Shown: positions 25,501 to 40,500 of the stretch, in pieces
Layout: every line of letters begins with the position of its first letter
Position numbering within the stretch: position 1 is the first letter of the stretch
NCBI RefSeq assembly: GCF_048593235.1
Contig: NC_133621.1
Coordinates: forward strand, 101,795,148 to 101,859,147
DNA length: 64,000 nt
Direction of reading: 5' to 3'
Source: Sminthopsis crassicaudata
Lineage: Eukaryota
The notes under the pieces: model-generated
The model's input: only the letters and a program-made list of their open reading frames with translations
The model's database searches: none
Told to the model about the DNA's origin: nothing
Made by a program: the position numbers and the translations under genes

Positions 25501-28500
25501 TAACCAGCTGCATAATACTTATTAGAGTCAAAGCATGATAAATGTTTACACAGTAATGAGTTTTGTTTTGTTTTATTTTTGGGGGTAGGGGGTAAAAGAT
25601 AGCTGGTCTGGTTCATAAACTGTCCCAGAAAGAATTCCAAATGAAGAATTAAAAAAATATTTTTGAACAATAGTAACCTTTCTTATTGAAATAAGTGTAG
25701 CTTCTTAAAAAGATTATTTTGAAGGGGATAACACACATTTGGATTTATAAATTCTAGTGTTTGTATAAAACAAATCAGTTATTAGTTTGTGGTCTGATCT
25801 TTTATAGAGTGTCAAAAAAGCTTGTCTTTTTTATAAAGTGGCCCTTTAGCATAGGGCCATATTTGAAAGACATAACCAGTTTATGTTTGGGTGGAAAGAA
25901 GGGTTTATATAATCCTTCTCTTAATTTTCCCAGTTCTAGTATTTTTTTTCTTGGATATAGTAGAATATTGGAATCCATTCTAGGAGAATCATGTTACCTA
26001 AAATTGATCTCACTGATAATTTCTCTGAGAAATTTCTATGTGTTTCTTTCCTAAAGCCTGGTGGCAAAGGGAAACGCCTCCCTGAAGTTTACTGCATTGT
26101 GAGCCGCCTAGGATGCTTCAACCTCTTTTCAAAGGTAAGAGCTCAAATGATAAAAAGTCAGTGAGAGAGAGAGTTTGCCATAAGTATATGCCATTCTTGG
26201 TTAGGAGAAGGGAGAAATTTCATTCTTTTTTTTGAAGATTAAATCCTTTACACATTTTTAATGGCCCAGAGCTACCTAAGACGCTTTTCTTGATCATCTC
26301 CCACTTACTATCTGACTTTCAGAACTCGGCTAATCTCATGTTTCTTCACCAGCAAATTCAGATAATAATACTAGGACTCAAGATTTTGAGGATCCAATGG
26401 GTCATATGTGTAAAACATAATGTCAGCGAGGGAACTAGAGGGGGAGCAGTTTAATCATTTTATTAACAATAACCAACAGGTTATTTAAAAGGATGGTCAT
26501 GGGGGCAGCTAGGTGGCTCAGTGGATAGCTCACCAGCCCTAAAGTCAGGAGGACCTGAGTTCAAATGTGGTCTCAGACACATAACACTCCCCTAGCTGTG
26601 TGACCCTGGGCAAATCACTTAACTTAGCATTTAAAAAAAAAAAAAAAAAAAAAGGATGGTCATTTGACCATCTTTTTTAAACCAAATACAAATACTTGGA
26701 ACTTATGAGGAAAGACAATGTTAAAGGAAAAATGCACTTTACAAAAATCAAAGGGGACAATCCCCTTTGATAATATTGGCAAAAATCAGAGAGAGCAGTC
26801 CCCTTTGATAGATAGATCTTACAGATAAAACACACAATAAGAAAAAGTAGATATTGCCCTTCCTCTAGAAACATCTGATGGCTTCTTATACTTTTTCTAC
26901 TTGCAACTCTTTTGTGTCCAAGACATTTTTATGTGACCTTGGGTATACAGGTGTATAAATAAATATACAAACAAAACACTGATAATAAATCAGAATTTTG
27001 TGATTCCCACATTCAGTTATGAGACTCCATTTGAGTCACAAACTACAGTTTAAGAAGCTGGGGACTGGAGGGCCGATTCAAGAATGTGGAAGACATGTTT
27101 TCAAATTTTCCTACTTATAGCCATGTGACCATGAACAAATCCTCCCTCAATCTTTTTTCCTTTGTAAAATGGAGATAGTGATAGTATCTACTGCAGGTTA
27201 TTGAGAGGATTAAATGAGATAACATATATAAAATACTTTTTAAAACTTAGTGTTATGGGATTGCCTGTCATCTAGGGGAGGGAGCAGAGGGAGGGAGGGG
27301 GAAATTTGGAAAAGTGAATACAGGGGATAAGGTTGCAAAAAAAAAAATTTTACCCATGCATATGTACTGTCAAAAAAAATTTATAATTATAAAATTAATT
27401 AAAAAAATAAAACTTAGTGTTAAATAATTGCTCAACATTCTGCTTCATCTTTTTAACCATAAAACTTTACAATATATAAAAGCTTATTGTTGTTATCCTC
27501 TCTTACACTTTTCTATTCTGCCTTCACTAATACTGGAAGTAATTAAAGATCAGAATCATGGCGGATGAGCAGGGGTGAGCAGGAGGTAAGAATAGTAGGA
27601 TAATTCTGGTTAGAGAGGTGACTCTCCCCACCCTGGTCCTTCTCTTTCCTTCTTTGAGCACTGCCTTTTTTTTTTTTTAAATATCCAATATATTCTTCAT
27701 TATCATGAATATCTTATACTTTATATCTCTTCTCTGGTGAACGGGCCAGAGATGATGAATGGGCTCAAGAAAGAAAGGAGAGGGAAACATTCATTTGCAA
27801 TGTAGGCCCTGTGCTGAGTGCTTTACAGCTCTTACCTCATCTAATAGAATATAAGAACATGAGATTTTTCATATCGGGTTGATCATGGTTTATTTGGGAC
27901 ATTTCCTATCTCTGACAGGAATGTGTGCCATAATAAAGTAGTTAATGTAAGGTTTAAATTCATTAACCTCAAATCCATCTAAACCTAAAGAAAATTAAGA
28001 AGATTTGAATTTATGCTTCACCTTTTGAGACTGATAATGAATGATTATGTCTTTACTACATTACAGATGTAATCTGTGCTCTTGAGCTTGTACTCTCTCC
28101 TTAAAATAACATGTACCTATATAAGTAAACTAAAATATATATACAAAGTATTGGTAGTTGGGATGAGAGGAGGACTAGCTGATGGGGTGATCAGGACAGG
28201 TGATGGCCCTGGAGTTTTAAAAGGAGCTAGGGATGATACTATAAATATCTTATGATGGGTACTTTCTTTTTATCCATGGCCTCCTTAGAACATAACCCTG
28301 ATAATGGAATCTCTGGGTCAGTGGATATGGATGTTTTAGTTACTGAATTTGCATAATGTCAAATACTTTCCAAAATAGTTGTACTAATTCACAGCTCCAC
28401 CAGCGACATACCAGTGGGCCATCTCCTCATCACTGCCTCAACATTGACTGTTCCCATCTTGTGTCGCCTTTGTCAATTTTCAGGGTTTGAAATGAAAGGA

Positions 28501-31500
28501 AACATCAGAGTTATTTTAATTTCCATTTCTCTTATTATTAGTGATTTGGAGTATTCTTTAATTGCAAATAATTTACAATTCTAGAGCAAGGGATTCTGGG
28601 AGCAAAGATAGAGAAAGCATTCCAGATATAGGATCAAGGCCATCAACATAAAAAGTACATAAAGGAAAATAATGTGTAATCAGGCTGGAAGGATGAATTA
28701 GAACCACATTGGAAAGGACTTCATCTTTTATCCTAGAAGTACTAGAGTGGGGCTCTGAGCAGGCCGTTGACATAGTCAGAAGTGGCAGCTAGGAGGATGG
28801 AGCATGGACGGGAGAGAGAGAGGCTTGAAGCAGGGAGACCAGTTAAGCTCCTTCAGTGATTCAGGTGAGAGGCAAGGAGGGCCAGTGATTCTGTGAGGGG
28901 GAAGCAGGTCACAGGTGAGAGAACTATTATGTAGGTAGAACTGATTGGCTGCCAAGCACCTGGATGGACATGAGGATGAAGGAGATAGAAAGAGGGGAAG
29001 GAGGATACATGTTTCTTAATATTCTAATGCTTGTAACTTAGCACCAGTAACAGAAACTTGTTCCATTTTGCTCATCTCATTGGATGTCCTTTCTTTCACA
29101 TGGATTTGTTTGCAAATGAAAACAATGCTACTAGTCAGAAAGTTTCTGTTTGTTCCAGGCTTGGTCATTAAAACTGAGAGAGCTGGTTTAGGAAGTAGAG
29201 TCAGATTTCAATTACGGCCTGTAATTCATACATGGGCCTATTCTTCAACATCGCTCTTAGAGGGAGGAGGAATCATACTGTATCATCTTGGGAAATGCCC
29301 ATTTTACAGCTTGCAGAAGTTTAAGACTAATTCAATAATTTTCTAAAGGCTGATAGAGTAAAGTCCATGGCCAACATCCAGAGACAATTTCAAGAATGAT
29401 CATAACAAGAGGAGTACCAGTTAAGTGATGCAATTTGTACCTTTCTGGTTCAACACTTCAAATGATTTAAACATTTTAAATGATTTTTAGAAATTAGTAT
29501 TAATTTACCACAACTCATTTTGAACAGTGAAAAAATTAATTCAATTAGATATTTACGTATTGAATATATAATTACGTAGCCAATATTTATACAAAAGATT
29601 TATGTATTCTATGTTCTTTTTGTATATTCTGTATGAGATATACATATATATATATATTAAAATAAGGAATACAGATTACATGTTCCATAGTGTGTGTATG
29701 TTTATATGCATAGGTATATATGTTTATATGTAACATATATATTCTATGTTCTACATGATACACAGAATATATTCTATAATCTAGAATACATACATGTATG
29801 CATATATATATTCTAGCTATAGATATATACTTAGTATGTCATCATATGTATATATACTATATAGACTAAATCTATAGTACATATATATTTATACAGTATG
29901 TATTACATATACTATATATCATAAATATGAAATATATACATAGTATATATTCTATTTTGTATAATATGATATACATACTATGCAACATGTAGTCATATTA
30001 TCTCTTTTCTTAATGATATATAAAACATGAAATATTCTGTGTATTCTATATGTATATTCTGTGTATTGTATAGAACATAAAGTATTTATACTGATAAGCT
30101 CAGGGATTTGTGCTATTCTAAGTTGCAGTTTAGAGATGAAAGTTGGAGTTTTAGTAAGTCCTTAATAAATATGTGCTGAGAATGAAATTAAATTGAATGG
30201 AAGCTCTTAGGACATCAAGTAGATCACAGAAGTGTTTGATTTGGCTTGATGAGGGTTATGCAGTGGAACTCATGACTAATCTGTGTCATAACTACTTGAT
30301 CAAGATAGGTTGTGGTGGGTACGTTTGCAAAGCTGCAATTAGAATTCTTGTAACTAGAGCAAATTCAGTTGATGGAAAAGGGAGAAGAATAAAGTCCACC
30401 TCACCCCTCCCAGTCAATCGGACACAGGCATTGTCAGCCAGCCTTAGAGAGTCCAGTCTGAAAGCTGGTGGTGGGCCAAAGTGTTTAGGGTCCTCAGGGC
30501 AGAGATTGGCTGAGGATGAGCTAGTCACCCTAGCCCAGTTATGGCTCTGCCTCCTAGCATTTCTGTCTTCTACCCTGCCTAACAGTTGTACTTGACTTTT
30601 CTTCCTTGCAGATCTTGGATGAGGTAGAAAAACGCCGGGGCATCTCACCTGCCCTGGTGCAGCCGCTCATGAGGAGTGTCATGGAAGCTCCTTTCCCAGC
30701 TCTGGGCAAAACCATCACTGTCAAGAACTTCTTGCCGGGTTCTGGGACTGAAGTGAGTGATGGCACTTTTCTTGTTCTTGGAGAGAGAAGAGGCCCCAGC
30801 CACCAAAAACAGGCCGTGGGCAGCAAAATTCTAGTCTTTCCCTCGTTTGGATTCCCAAGAGCAGGGCAAGGCACTCTCACTGGTCAGTCAATCTGTTAAT
30901 AAATATTTATTAAGCACCTACTATGTGCCAGGCATTGTGCTAAGTGCTGGGAATACAAAAAGAGTCAAAAGACAGAACCTGCCCTCAAAGAGTACTGGAA
31001 TCAAGGTTGGGGTTTGGTAAAGTGAATGTCAAAAATTATACATGCATATATTTTGAAAATAAAAATCTTTAATTAAAAAAGAAAGACAGGTGGAGTAAGG
31101 CTTCCCGGGGAAGGTAGGATTTTAGATGGAGTTAAAGGAAACTAGAGAAGTCTGTAGTTGGAGCTTAAGAAAAGAGTATGCTCCGGGCATAAGGACAGCC
31201 AAAAAAATGCCAGGAGCCCAGATTTAAGACCATTTAAAATGGTCTTGTTAACTGCATATATTTAACCTATATTGGATTACTTGCTGTCTAGGAGACTGTG
31301 GTGGGGAAAAGAGAGAGAGAAAAATTTGGAACACAAGGTTTTGCAAGCGTGAATGTTGAAAACTATCTTTGCATGAATTTTTAAAAATGAAAAGCCATTA
31401 TTATAACATATATATAGGTCTTATTTATGGAAATAAAANNNNNNNNNNNNNNNNNNNNNNNNNNNNNNNNNNNNNNNNNNNNNNNNNNNNNNNNNNNNNN

Positions 31501-34500
31501 NNNNNNNNNNNNNNNNNNNNNNNNNNNNNNNNNNNNNNNNNNNNNNNNNNNNNNNNNNNNNNNNNNNNNNNNNNNNNNNNNNNNNNNNNNNNNNNNNNNN
31601 NNNNNNNNNNNNNNNNNNNNNNNNNNNNNNNNNNNGGAATGTCCAGGAGGCCAGTGAAGGATCAAAGGATCATCCCTGTCAGAGAATTAAGTATAAGGAG
31701 AACGAAAAAGTAGAAAGGGCTTTGAATGCCAGCATATTTTATGTTTGACCGTGGAGGGGATAGGGAGCCACTGGAGTTTTTAGTGGGAGGATGGGTGACA
31801 TGGTCAGACCAGCATTTTAAGAAAATCACATTAGTGGCTAAACAGAAGATGGACTGGAATGGGGAGAGACTTGAGGTGGGCAGACTCCCCAGCAAAGCCC
31901 GTGATGGGGAGGGTCTGCACCAGAATGGTGGAAGTATCAGAGAGAGAAGGGGCTCATTCAAGGGATGTGGGTGAGGGGAAATCTACAGGCTTTGGGAGCA
32001 GATTGGCTGGGGGGGGTAGGGTGAGATAAAGTAGGAACCCATGATGACAACCTGGTTTCAAGCCTTCGGGACTGGGAAATTACTATGTGCCAGGCCCTGG
32101 GCATATAAAGAAAAAGGGGGGGGAAAGCAGAAATAGAGTGAGAATCTGGCCCATCCTGTCTAGAACCATGTAAAACCTTGGGAGGGAGGGTTTTGGAAGA
32201 ACATGGCCATTTTTCTGCCAAGGTCATTTTTGGGGGGGGCCCAAATCTCAGCAGATTTTGGTTCTTTATTTAAGCTAATGTTCTGATATCATCTGTAGCC
32301 GTGGGCAATGAAAATAGGAGGAATTTCAGATTCTGAGACTGATTAAGCTGGATAGATAGGGCCTTAGAGGTGAGCCAGCAAAGCCCCCTTTGTACGGAGA
32401 CTGACCCAAAGGCTGACCAGCCAGGAGTGACCTCAGTGTACACTCTATCCCACTACCTCATTCTTTCTCTTCGATGCTCTTCCCTCTCCGACGCCTCATG
32501 GCATGTGAATCTAATAGACTCGGCTCTGCTGTTAACAAGCCAGACCAAGCTGGGTAAGTCACGCTTCCCCCTCTGCCCAGTCCTGTGCTCTCACCGCTGG
32601 ACTCCTTCCTCTGGCAGGTGATTGAGCTGTGCCGGCCCCTCGATTCCAGGCTCGAGCACGTCGATTTTGAGTCTCTCTTCTCATCCCTCAGCGTCAGGCA
32701 CCTGGTCTGTGTCTTTGCCTCCCTGCTGCTGGAGAGGAGGGTCATCTTCATTGCAGATAAGCTCAGGTACACTCCTCACCTTTTTATTGTTGTGTTCTAC
32801 TTTGTGCAGTGATAATCACTCATATAATACCGTAAGGTTTACAAAGCACTTCCCCAATCGCAGCCTTGACAAGTGAATATTGTCTGACTGCTGTCCAACC
32901 AAGTGCTCCAGCTCCTCCCTCCCCTCAAGAAAAATAATAAGTGCCTAAAAACAAAATAGCCACCCTCAATCCCATTTAATTTATTCCCTAATTTTCATAT
33001 TTAGGAGTGAGGCAAGAACAGAGGGAAAAGAAAGGAAAAAGAAAATAATTATATTAAATAAAGGGGGGCAGCTAGGTGGTGCAGTGGATAGAGCACCAGC
33101 CCTGAAGTCAGGAGGACCTGAGTCCAAATCTGGTCTCAGACACTTAACACTGCCTAGCTGTGTGACCCTGGGCAAGTCACTTAACCCCAGCCTCAGAGGA
33201 AGAAAAAGAAAAAGAAAAGAAAATATTAAATAAAGGGTCAAGCACTGGAATTAAGAGATTTAAAGTCTTTCTATAAAAAGTGGAACTTTAGTTGGGACTA
33301 GAAGGAATCTAGGAAAATCAGCAAGACTATTTCTACTCTCAAGGAGCTTATATTCTTTTTTTTTCTTATATTTTTTCCCAATTACTTATAAAGTTAGTTT
33401 TCAGCATTTATTATTTTGTTATCATAGCTTTTTTATTTACAAGATATAGGCATGGGTAATTTTTCAGCACTGACAATCGTAAAACCTTTTGTTTTAATTT
33501 TTCCCCTTCTTCCCCCCATCACCTCCCCCAGATGGCAGGTAGACCACTACATGTTAAATAGGTTAAAGTATATGTTCAATACAATATATGTATACATATC
33601 CATACAGTTATTTTGTTCAGCATTTATTTTGATAAGATTTTGAATTCCAAATTTTTTTTTCTCTCTCCCCTTTCCCGTCTCTTAAGACAGCAAACCATCT
33701 GATGTAGGTTATACATGTACAATCATGTTAAACATATTTCCATATTAATCATATTATAAAATAAAAGCAAAAGCAAAAAATCATGAGGAAAAAAAAGCAA
33801 AAAAAAAAAAGAGTGAAAATATTATGGTTTGATCTGCATTCATATTCCCTAGCCCTTTCTGTGATGTGGGCAGCATTTTCCATCACGAATCTTTGAGAAT
33901 TGTCTTAGATCATTGTATTGCTGAGAAGAGCTAAATCTAAGGGAAAATTCTAATAGAAAAAAGTCAACAGATGAAAGAAAACTAGAACATTGGAGAGGAG
34001 AAGAAGGGAAAGGAAACTGGTGAAAAAGTAGAAAAATAAAGTCTGGAGAGTGAGCTGGGCTGGAAGAACTGGAAGAAGCAAAGTAATTGGCTAAAGCCAG
34101 AAGTAGGAGTTGAATTAAGAGAGAACATGTTCAATATTCAAACTAACAAATAAAAACTCGAGACTGTGCTTTAACATGACTAATGTTGAATGAAGGAGGA
34201 AAGTAGTAGATAGCATAGTGGCTAGAATTCTGGACCTGTGGTCAGAAAAATCTGAATTCAAATCCTGCTTCATACAGTAGCTATGTGACTCTGGACAAAT
34301 TTAACTTGTCTCTGTCTCAACATCCTCCCCTGTAAAATAAGGGATTTGAACTTAATGGACTTAAGTCCCTTCCAGCAATAAAGTGCCTGATACTATGATT
34401 TACTATTTCTTAAATCAGAGAACTCCAGCAAGAGTCTCTGACTTAATATACAAATTCTTGAACTTGCTAAGATTTAAGTTGACCTTACCAGGTTTAAACC

Positions 34501-37500
34501 CAAATCTTCCTGACTCCTAATCAGTTTACTTCTGAACAACACTAAAATTGTTCCTTTCTGATGGAGATTCATAACCTTTTTGGGGTCATGGAACTCTTGG
34601 CTACCTGGTGATGTCTAAAGACCCCTTCATAGTGTTCAATCAATCATGTCTGCACAGGACATGAGAGACAAGATATGATCATATGGAAAATTTGTCAGGA
34701 TCATTTTGTGGAGAGAGATAGAAAGTCAAAATTTGCAGTTATCCTTCTTCCTATGGTAGGTCTGGTTACCTTAGTATTGACTCTCCCCCCCCCCCCTTAA
34801 CAATGTTGACAATTTACTCTATTTTGTCATATCCTAGCTTGGATTTTTAAATTATTTATCTTCTTGGCTATTTGTTACATTCTTATTGATTATTTTTTAA
34901 GCTGCCTTTGGCAAATTAAAGAAAGAAGCCTGAAGTTGGAGCCTGGTAGCTGGGCGGCTCCCCAGTTCTCTGGGCACTGGGGAATTCAGACAAGAGAGAT
35001 GAGAATCGACACTTCAGTGACCAAGATCTGATTCCACAGCAGTATAGTAGTACCCTCTGTTTTTTGTGGGTTTTAAAAATTCCTGCTTCCTCCCAACTTC
35101 CCTATGTTGGTGATTTTTATTCAAGCAGTTCCACAGCCTTGGATTTAGAGGGGATAGAGTCACAAGGCTTCAGAAACCAAGGCAGGATGTAGAAGTTAAC
35201 CCAGATAAATCTAGTTATTGATCTCCTGGCAGGTAGAAGTAGAGGTGTCCATTATGGGATTGTACAGAGAGGCATTGTACTAGAGTGGAAAAACACTATA
35301 GTTGAAAAAACTTAGATATGGACTCAAAAAGCCAGCTAGGTGGCCCAGAATATAAAGTGCCAGTCTAGAATCTTAATCTTGTTTCAATATATGACCATGA
35401 ACAAGTGTCTTTGGACCTTAGTTTCTTTGGCTTATACTGGGACCAGCCTAGGAAAGATGAACAGGTTCAGGAAGGTAAGGAAGGAGAGAGAGGGTGAGTG
35501 AGGAGAGACAGAAGAGAACTACCATTCCCCGAGGGATGCTAGCCACACAGCATATTGTCCATAAGGACACAACATGGTATGATAGAGCCCTAAATTTGGA
35601 ACCAGATCAGGGTTCAAATCCAGCTCTGCCATTACCTGTGTGGTCTTAGCAAATCTCAACTTCTCTCTGTGTTTCCTCATCTATAAACTGAAAAGATTGG
35701 ACTCTATTTCACTAATTTAGTGGAACCGGCTGATCTAGTTCTAGTAGATTTAGTAGCTCTAAATCCCATGAACTTTCTGAGATCTGAGAAGAGAATCAGG
35801 CGCCCTGGTTCTCATATTGTCAAATTATCATATACCTAGTGCCATTTTTCCCTTCACAGAAGGAGAGAGGTTCCTGGGGAGTAGTGAAAAATCAATTATT
35901 TAGAAGTTTGTTGGCATATCATTATGAATAATGATTAACTTTCTTAATTACTGAGAGCTGCTTGGAAATTCAATACAAAGCATTAGATGGGGAGATATGT
36001 TCTTCCAGGTCTTAACTTTTAGCAAACAACAATAGCACTTGTTCAAGGTCATGTGAAAGTCAGTAATACAGTAAGCAAATGAGGACCAAAATTCAGGTTT
36101 TCTTTATTCCCAGTCCAGAGAATGTTTGAATAAAACTGACATTCTTAATCTTTTTTGAGTTGTTGATCCCTTGAACAGCTGGGTGAAGTCCATGGAATAC
36201 TTTACAGATTAATGTTTTTAAATGCCTAAAATAAAAAACATAAGATTACAAAGGATATAATTTTTCCCATCCAAGTATCTATCCACAATTCATGGATCCC
36301 CAAGTTAAGAATCGCTGTTTAAAGACAAAAACTTAGGTACAACCACTTGTTTCTATGGCCAAGGGCTAATTGTTTAAGGGAGAAAGCTTCCATCCCACTT
36401 GAGTTGTGAAATGGAAGGCTTATGAAGAGCATGCATACTTTTAGTCACTAATGACTGTGATCTAACAGGGGCTCCAAGTTCAACAAGGACAACAATAAAA
36501 AAAAATTGAAAAATAGAAACTATGGGTATTGATAGAAGGCTAAGCAGAGTCTCTCTGTGAATTGGCTAATTGTTCTTGCCTCATGACAAACATTAGTCCA
36601 CCTAGGTTTACTAGCCATAACATAAACATCTATAGTCTTATTTTCATGGTCCCTACTACTGAATTATTAACCCATTGCAAGAGGAAATACCAGAGAATCA
36701 CACCACATACTGTGTAAGGGAGGGGAGTGTTTTTGAGTTGAGCCAAAAAAACAGATGTAACAAGTATACAGTGCCTGCTTGATTCCGTTTCATCTTTAGA
36801 ATGGACATTGAGTGTTTCTTAAGGTCCTGTCAAGCCAAAATTTGGTGGATAGAAAGGAAAGAATGTTGGGGGCGGGGGTGATGGAACCTACTGTTGTCAA
36901 AGCAACCCAAGTAAATATTCCCACAATACTTCCATTCCCATTCTCCCTGCTGATAAATCAAAAGTAAAAAAGTTTATTCTCTCCCTCCACATCCTTGTGC
37001 CATCCCCCTTTCCAAAGCTTTGGTCAAACTGCAACAGAAGCCAAATCTACATCTAGGAAAGGAAACAAACACATCTTTTTATAGTTAATCTAAAAGGAGA
37101 ATGTGATTCAGGATAAAGAAATTATTTTCCTTTTATCTTTTTAGGTAGTCTCCTTGTCCCTTCTGGGGAGGCTACCACCCTCTGCAACATTAGAAAGCAT
37201 TTATTAACGCTAAATTTGGACCACTGGCTAGTGTACCGATTAGGTAGTCAATCTTGATAATTACTGTAATTTTGTTTTATCCATAACATATGTTTACATG
37301 GCATATTTGTGTAACTCCATCATTAGCAAGTAAATAAATCCCTCTGCATGGGCATAAATATGTTTTTGTGTTCCATTAGCTTATTATCAATGATTTTCTC
37401 CTTGAACTTATAAATCCTTCAACTTTAGCTACCATATCCTTCTTAGAATTTATAATTCTTCATCATGTTTGCAAGGTACACCCTCTCTAGGCAGATTAAT

Positions 37501-40500
37501 TTATTGGAGGCACCATAACTGTAATTTTAGGAGCTTCTATGCTTTGGATTTTAGAATACAATTTTGACAATTTACATTTTCCCAAATACACATGATTCAA
37601 CAACTCAGAGATTATAATACATTATCTAGACAAGTATACATTTACTTTTATATAAGTTTATTATATTAAATTAAATTTTATTATAGTCATTTAAGTGAGT
37701 AAAGCAATGTATAAATACAAGGTATACTAGAGAGAAGCAGGAGTGATGACCTTACTCTGATTCATGTCCATTTTTAGGTTCATAGGATTTAGAACTGAAA
37801 GAGACTTCATAAGTCTAGTTCAACTGAAGTGTTGAATTGTTTTTTTAAGGTAACATATCATTTGAAGCAAGATTTAAAGAAATATTTCATGTACATACAG
37901 GCTGATGCCTTTTCACCCTGACCTTTATTTTTTAGCCACTGCTATTTAACAACTTTTTTTTTTTCCAGGTTACATTCCTTCCCTCATTATGTTCAATTTC
38001 CCTATTTTGAAGGTTATGGATCAGCTGTATAATGAAAACTTGCTCTTCCCAATCTTGCTAACCTGCTTAATGTGTTCCAGAGCTTCCCTTAGATACTTTT
38101 GTTTAATGATGTAGTGGAGAAATCACCCAACAGGATCAGAAGATCTGACTTTTAGTCTTGGTACCACCACTTACTAGCCAAATGGCACTAGACAAATTAC
38201 ATACTTTCCAAGCTTCATTAACTTTATTTGTAAAATGGGAATAATAACATTTTGACTTTTTTACTTCCGAAGTTTTTATAAGTGATGAACTTGGCAAATT
38301 GGAAAGCAATATGTAAATAAATATAAAATTATTATAATTATCATAAAAATGAGCACTTGGCCAGTGAGTCATAAAAACAACTTTCTGTAGCATCTCTTCA
38401 TTCTTTTCCTGTTCTAAAAAGAAAACTCCTGCTGTCCACACTGGCTTCTCTTATATACACTCTGTTAGAACTAGAATAGACCTTCAAGAGACTTGCTTCA
38501 ATCCTGTCATTTATAAATGAGGAAATGGCAACCTCAACAGGTAAAGTAATTTATCCATAGTTATACAGTTGGTTGGAGTCAGAGCCAGGTTTGAACAATA
38601 AGTCTAATAATACCTTTTCTATTACCACATTGTCTTTCCTCATGATTCAGAACTGTCATAAAGAAAACATGATAGCCACATACATACCACCCTTCCACAT
38701 ACACACACACATACACAAAGTCTAATTGTTGATTTGACATTCATACCCTGTTAGCTATTTTTATCACGCTTTACCAACAGAGTGGAGTATCATTTTACTG
38801 AATTCTGAAGAGATCCAATTAAATGACCTTAGCAATTATTGTGATTTTTACAACAGACAAAAACATACTGGTGTATTCAATCTGGCAAACATATATGGAG
38901 CACCTCATATATACAACAGACTGGGTGAGGTATAAGGATATGAAAGTGAAGACTGATAGACTTTATCACAAGGAGTTTCTTTCCCAGTGGATCTCCAAAA
39001 TTTCTCTACAACCAAAATTTTTATCAGAGATTCATAAAAATCACAAAATCTCCTGGTCATCTAACCCAACATGTACCTGTTTGAGAATTCTCCAAAAGTA
39101 GTATTCAGATCCCACTGGAGCACTTTAGTGATCAATGGAATAACTGCCTGACAAGATTTCTCCTTCCACTATGAACAACTCTGGTTGTTAGGGAAGTTTC
39201 CTTCTATCACACTAAAATCTATCTCTCTGCAACTGCCACCTAGTTCTTCTGCTCTTGGAGTCCAAGGAGAAACAATATATATTTTTTTATTATTTTAATA
39301 GTTTTTATTTACCAGATATTTACATGGGTAATTTTACAACATTGACAATTGTCAAACCTTTTGTTCCAATTTTTCCCCTCCTCCCCCCCCCAAGATGGCA
39401 GGTTGACCAATACATGAAACAATCTTTTATATGACAGTCCTTCCAATATTCAAAAATAGTCTTTTTTTTTTCTTCTTCTCCAAAATAAACATTTTCAATT
39501 CCTTCAACTAATTCTTGCATGGGTATGATTTCTTTTCTTCTTACCATCCAGGTCACATTCTTCATGAAAAGTGACATAGTACAGTGAAAAGAAAAATAGC
39601 CATGGAGTGAGAGGATCTGGGTTCAAATCCCAGAGGTCCTGAATTCAAATCCCGTCTCCACTATTTACTCCTTGTATAAATTTGAGCAAAGGACTTAATT
39701 TCTCTGCACCTCCGTTTCCTCATCGACATAATAAAAAGCTTGGAGTAGATGATCTCTAAGGTGACTTCCAGCTCTAAGTCTATAATCTGGACATGGTTCA
39801 TTTTATTGATATCCTCCCTGTAAATGTAGAGCCCAAAATCGAACACTCCAGATGTGGTTTGGCTTGTCTTATTTACAGACAAATTAGGAGCAGGTTTGGG
39901 GTAGTGGTTCCTAGTTGGGGGGCAGGGAATGGATTAATGGGGACATTCCACAATCCTAAAGGAGGAGGCCATCCCCAGCTAGAGTCGGAGGCTCTGGATC
40001 AGTGTCTCACCCTGCAGAACTCCCCATCCACCCGATGCCCAAATTATTTTTGCAAATCTTCTTTTGCTTTTCTGTCAACCAATGGCCATTTTGCATCCTT
40101 CCCCTATGCAGACTACTCTTTCCTCCCCCCTTCTACAAGCCGAACACAGCTGCCAGAACTGGTGATTGTCCCACCACCCCCACCTTAATTAGAGCCAGCT
40201 GTGAGTACACTCCCAGCTCCTGCAGAGATCCTGGCTCCCCATCCCCCTGACTTCCTTCCAATCTTGTAAACTGAGAGGAGACTAGGTAGAGCCTACCTTG
40301 GGGAGGTGAGTAGTGGAGGAGAGGGGACATCCTCCTCCACCTTCCAAATTGTCACCCACCTTTGTGCATCCTGAGACGTGTCATCCTTCCTAGACACGGG
40401 GCTCCTCCCCTCCAGCTGGGCTCCCCTGGCCCTCAGAAGTCAGGGAAGGAATTCTCATCAGAAGGGGGGGTAGGGGGGCAGCCCAAGAAATGCATATACT

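Noticed and set aside
36360-37560. Repeat-poor stretch tested as an ERV env or transposase relic
   Set aside because: Partial manual translation gave no convincing motif. Treated as unique intronic DNA.
37950-38018. 44-nt poison-exon candidate (T-tract CCAG acceptor, AAG|GTTATG donor)
   Set aside because: The donor is too weak (+3 and +5 non-consensus) and there is no other support.
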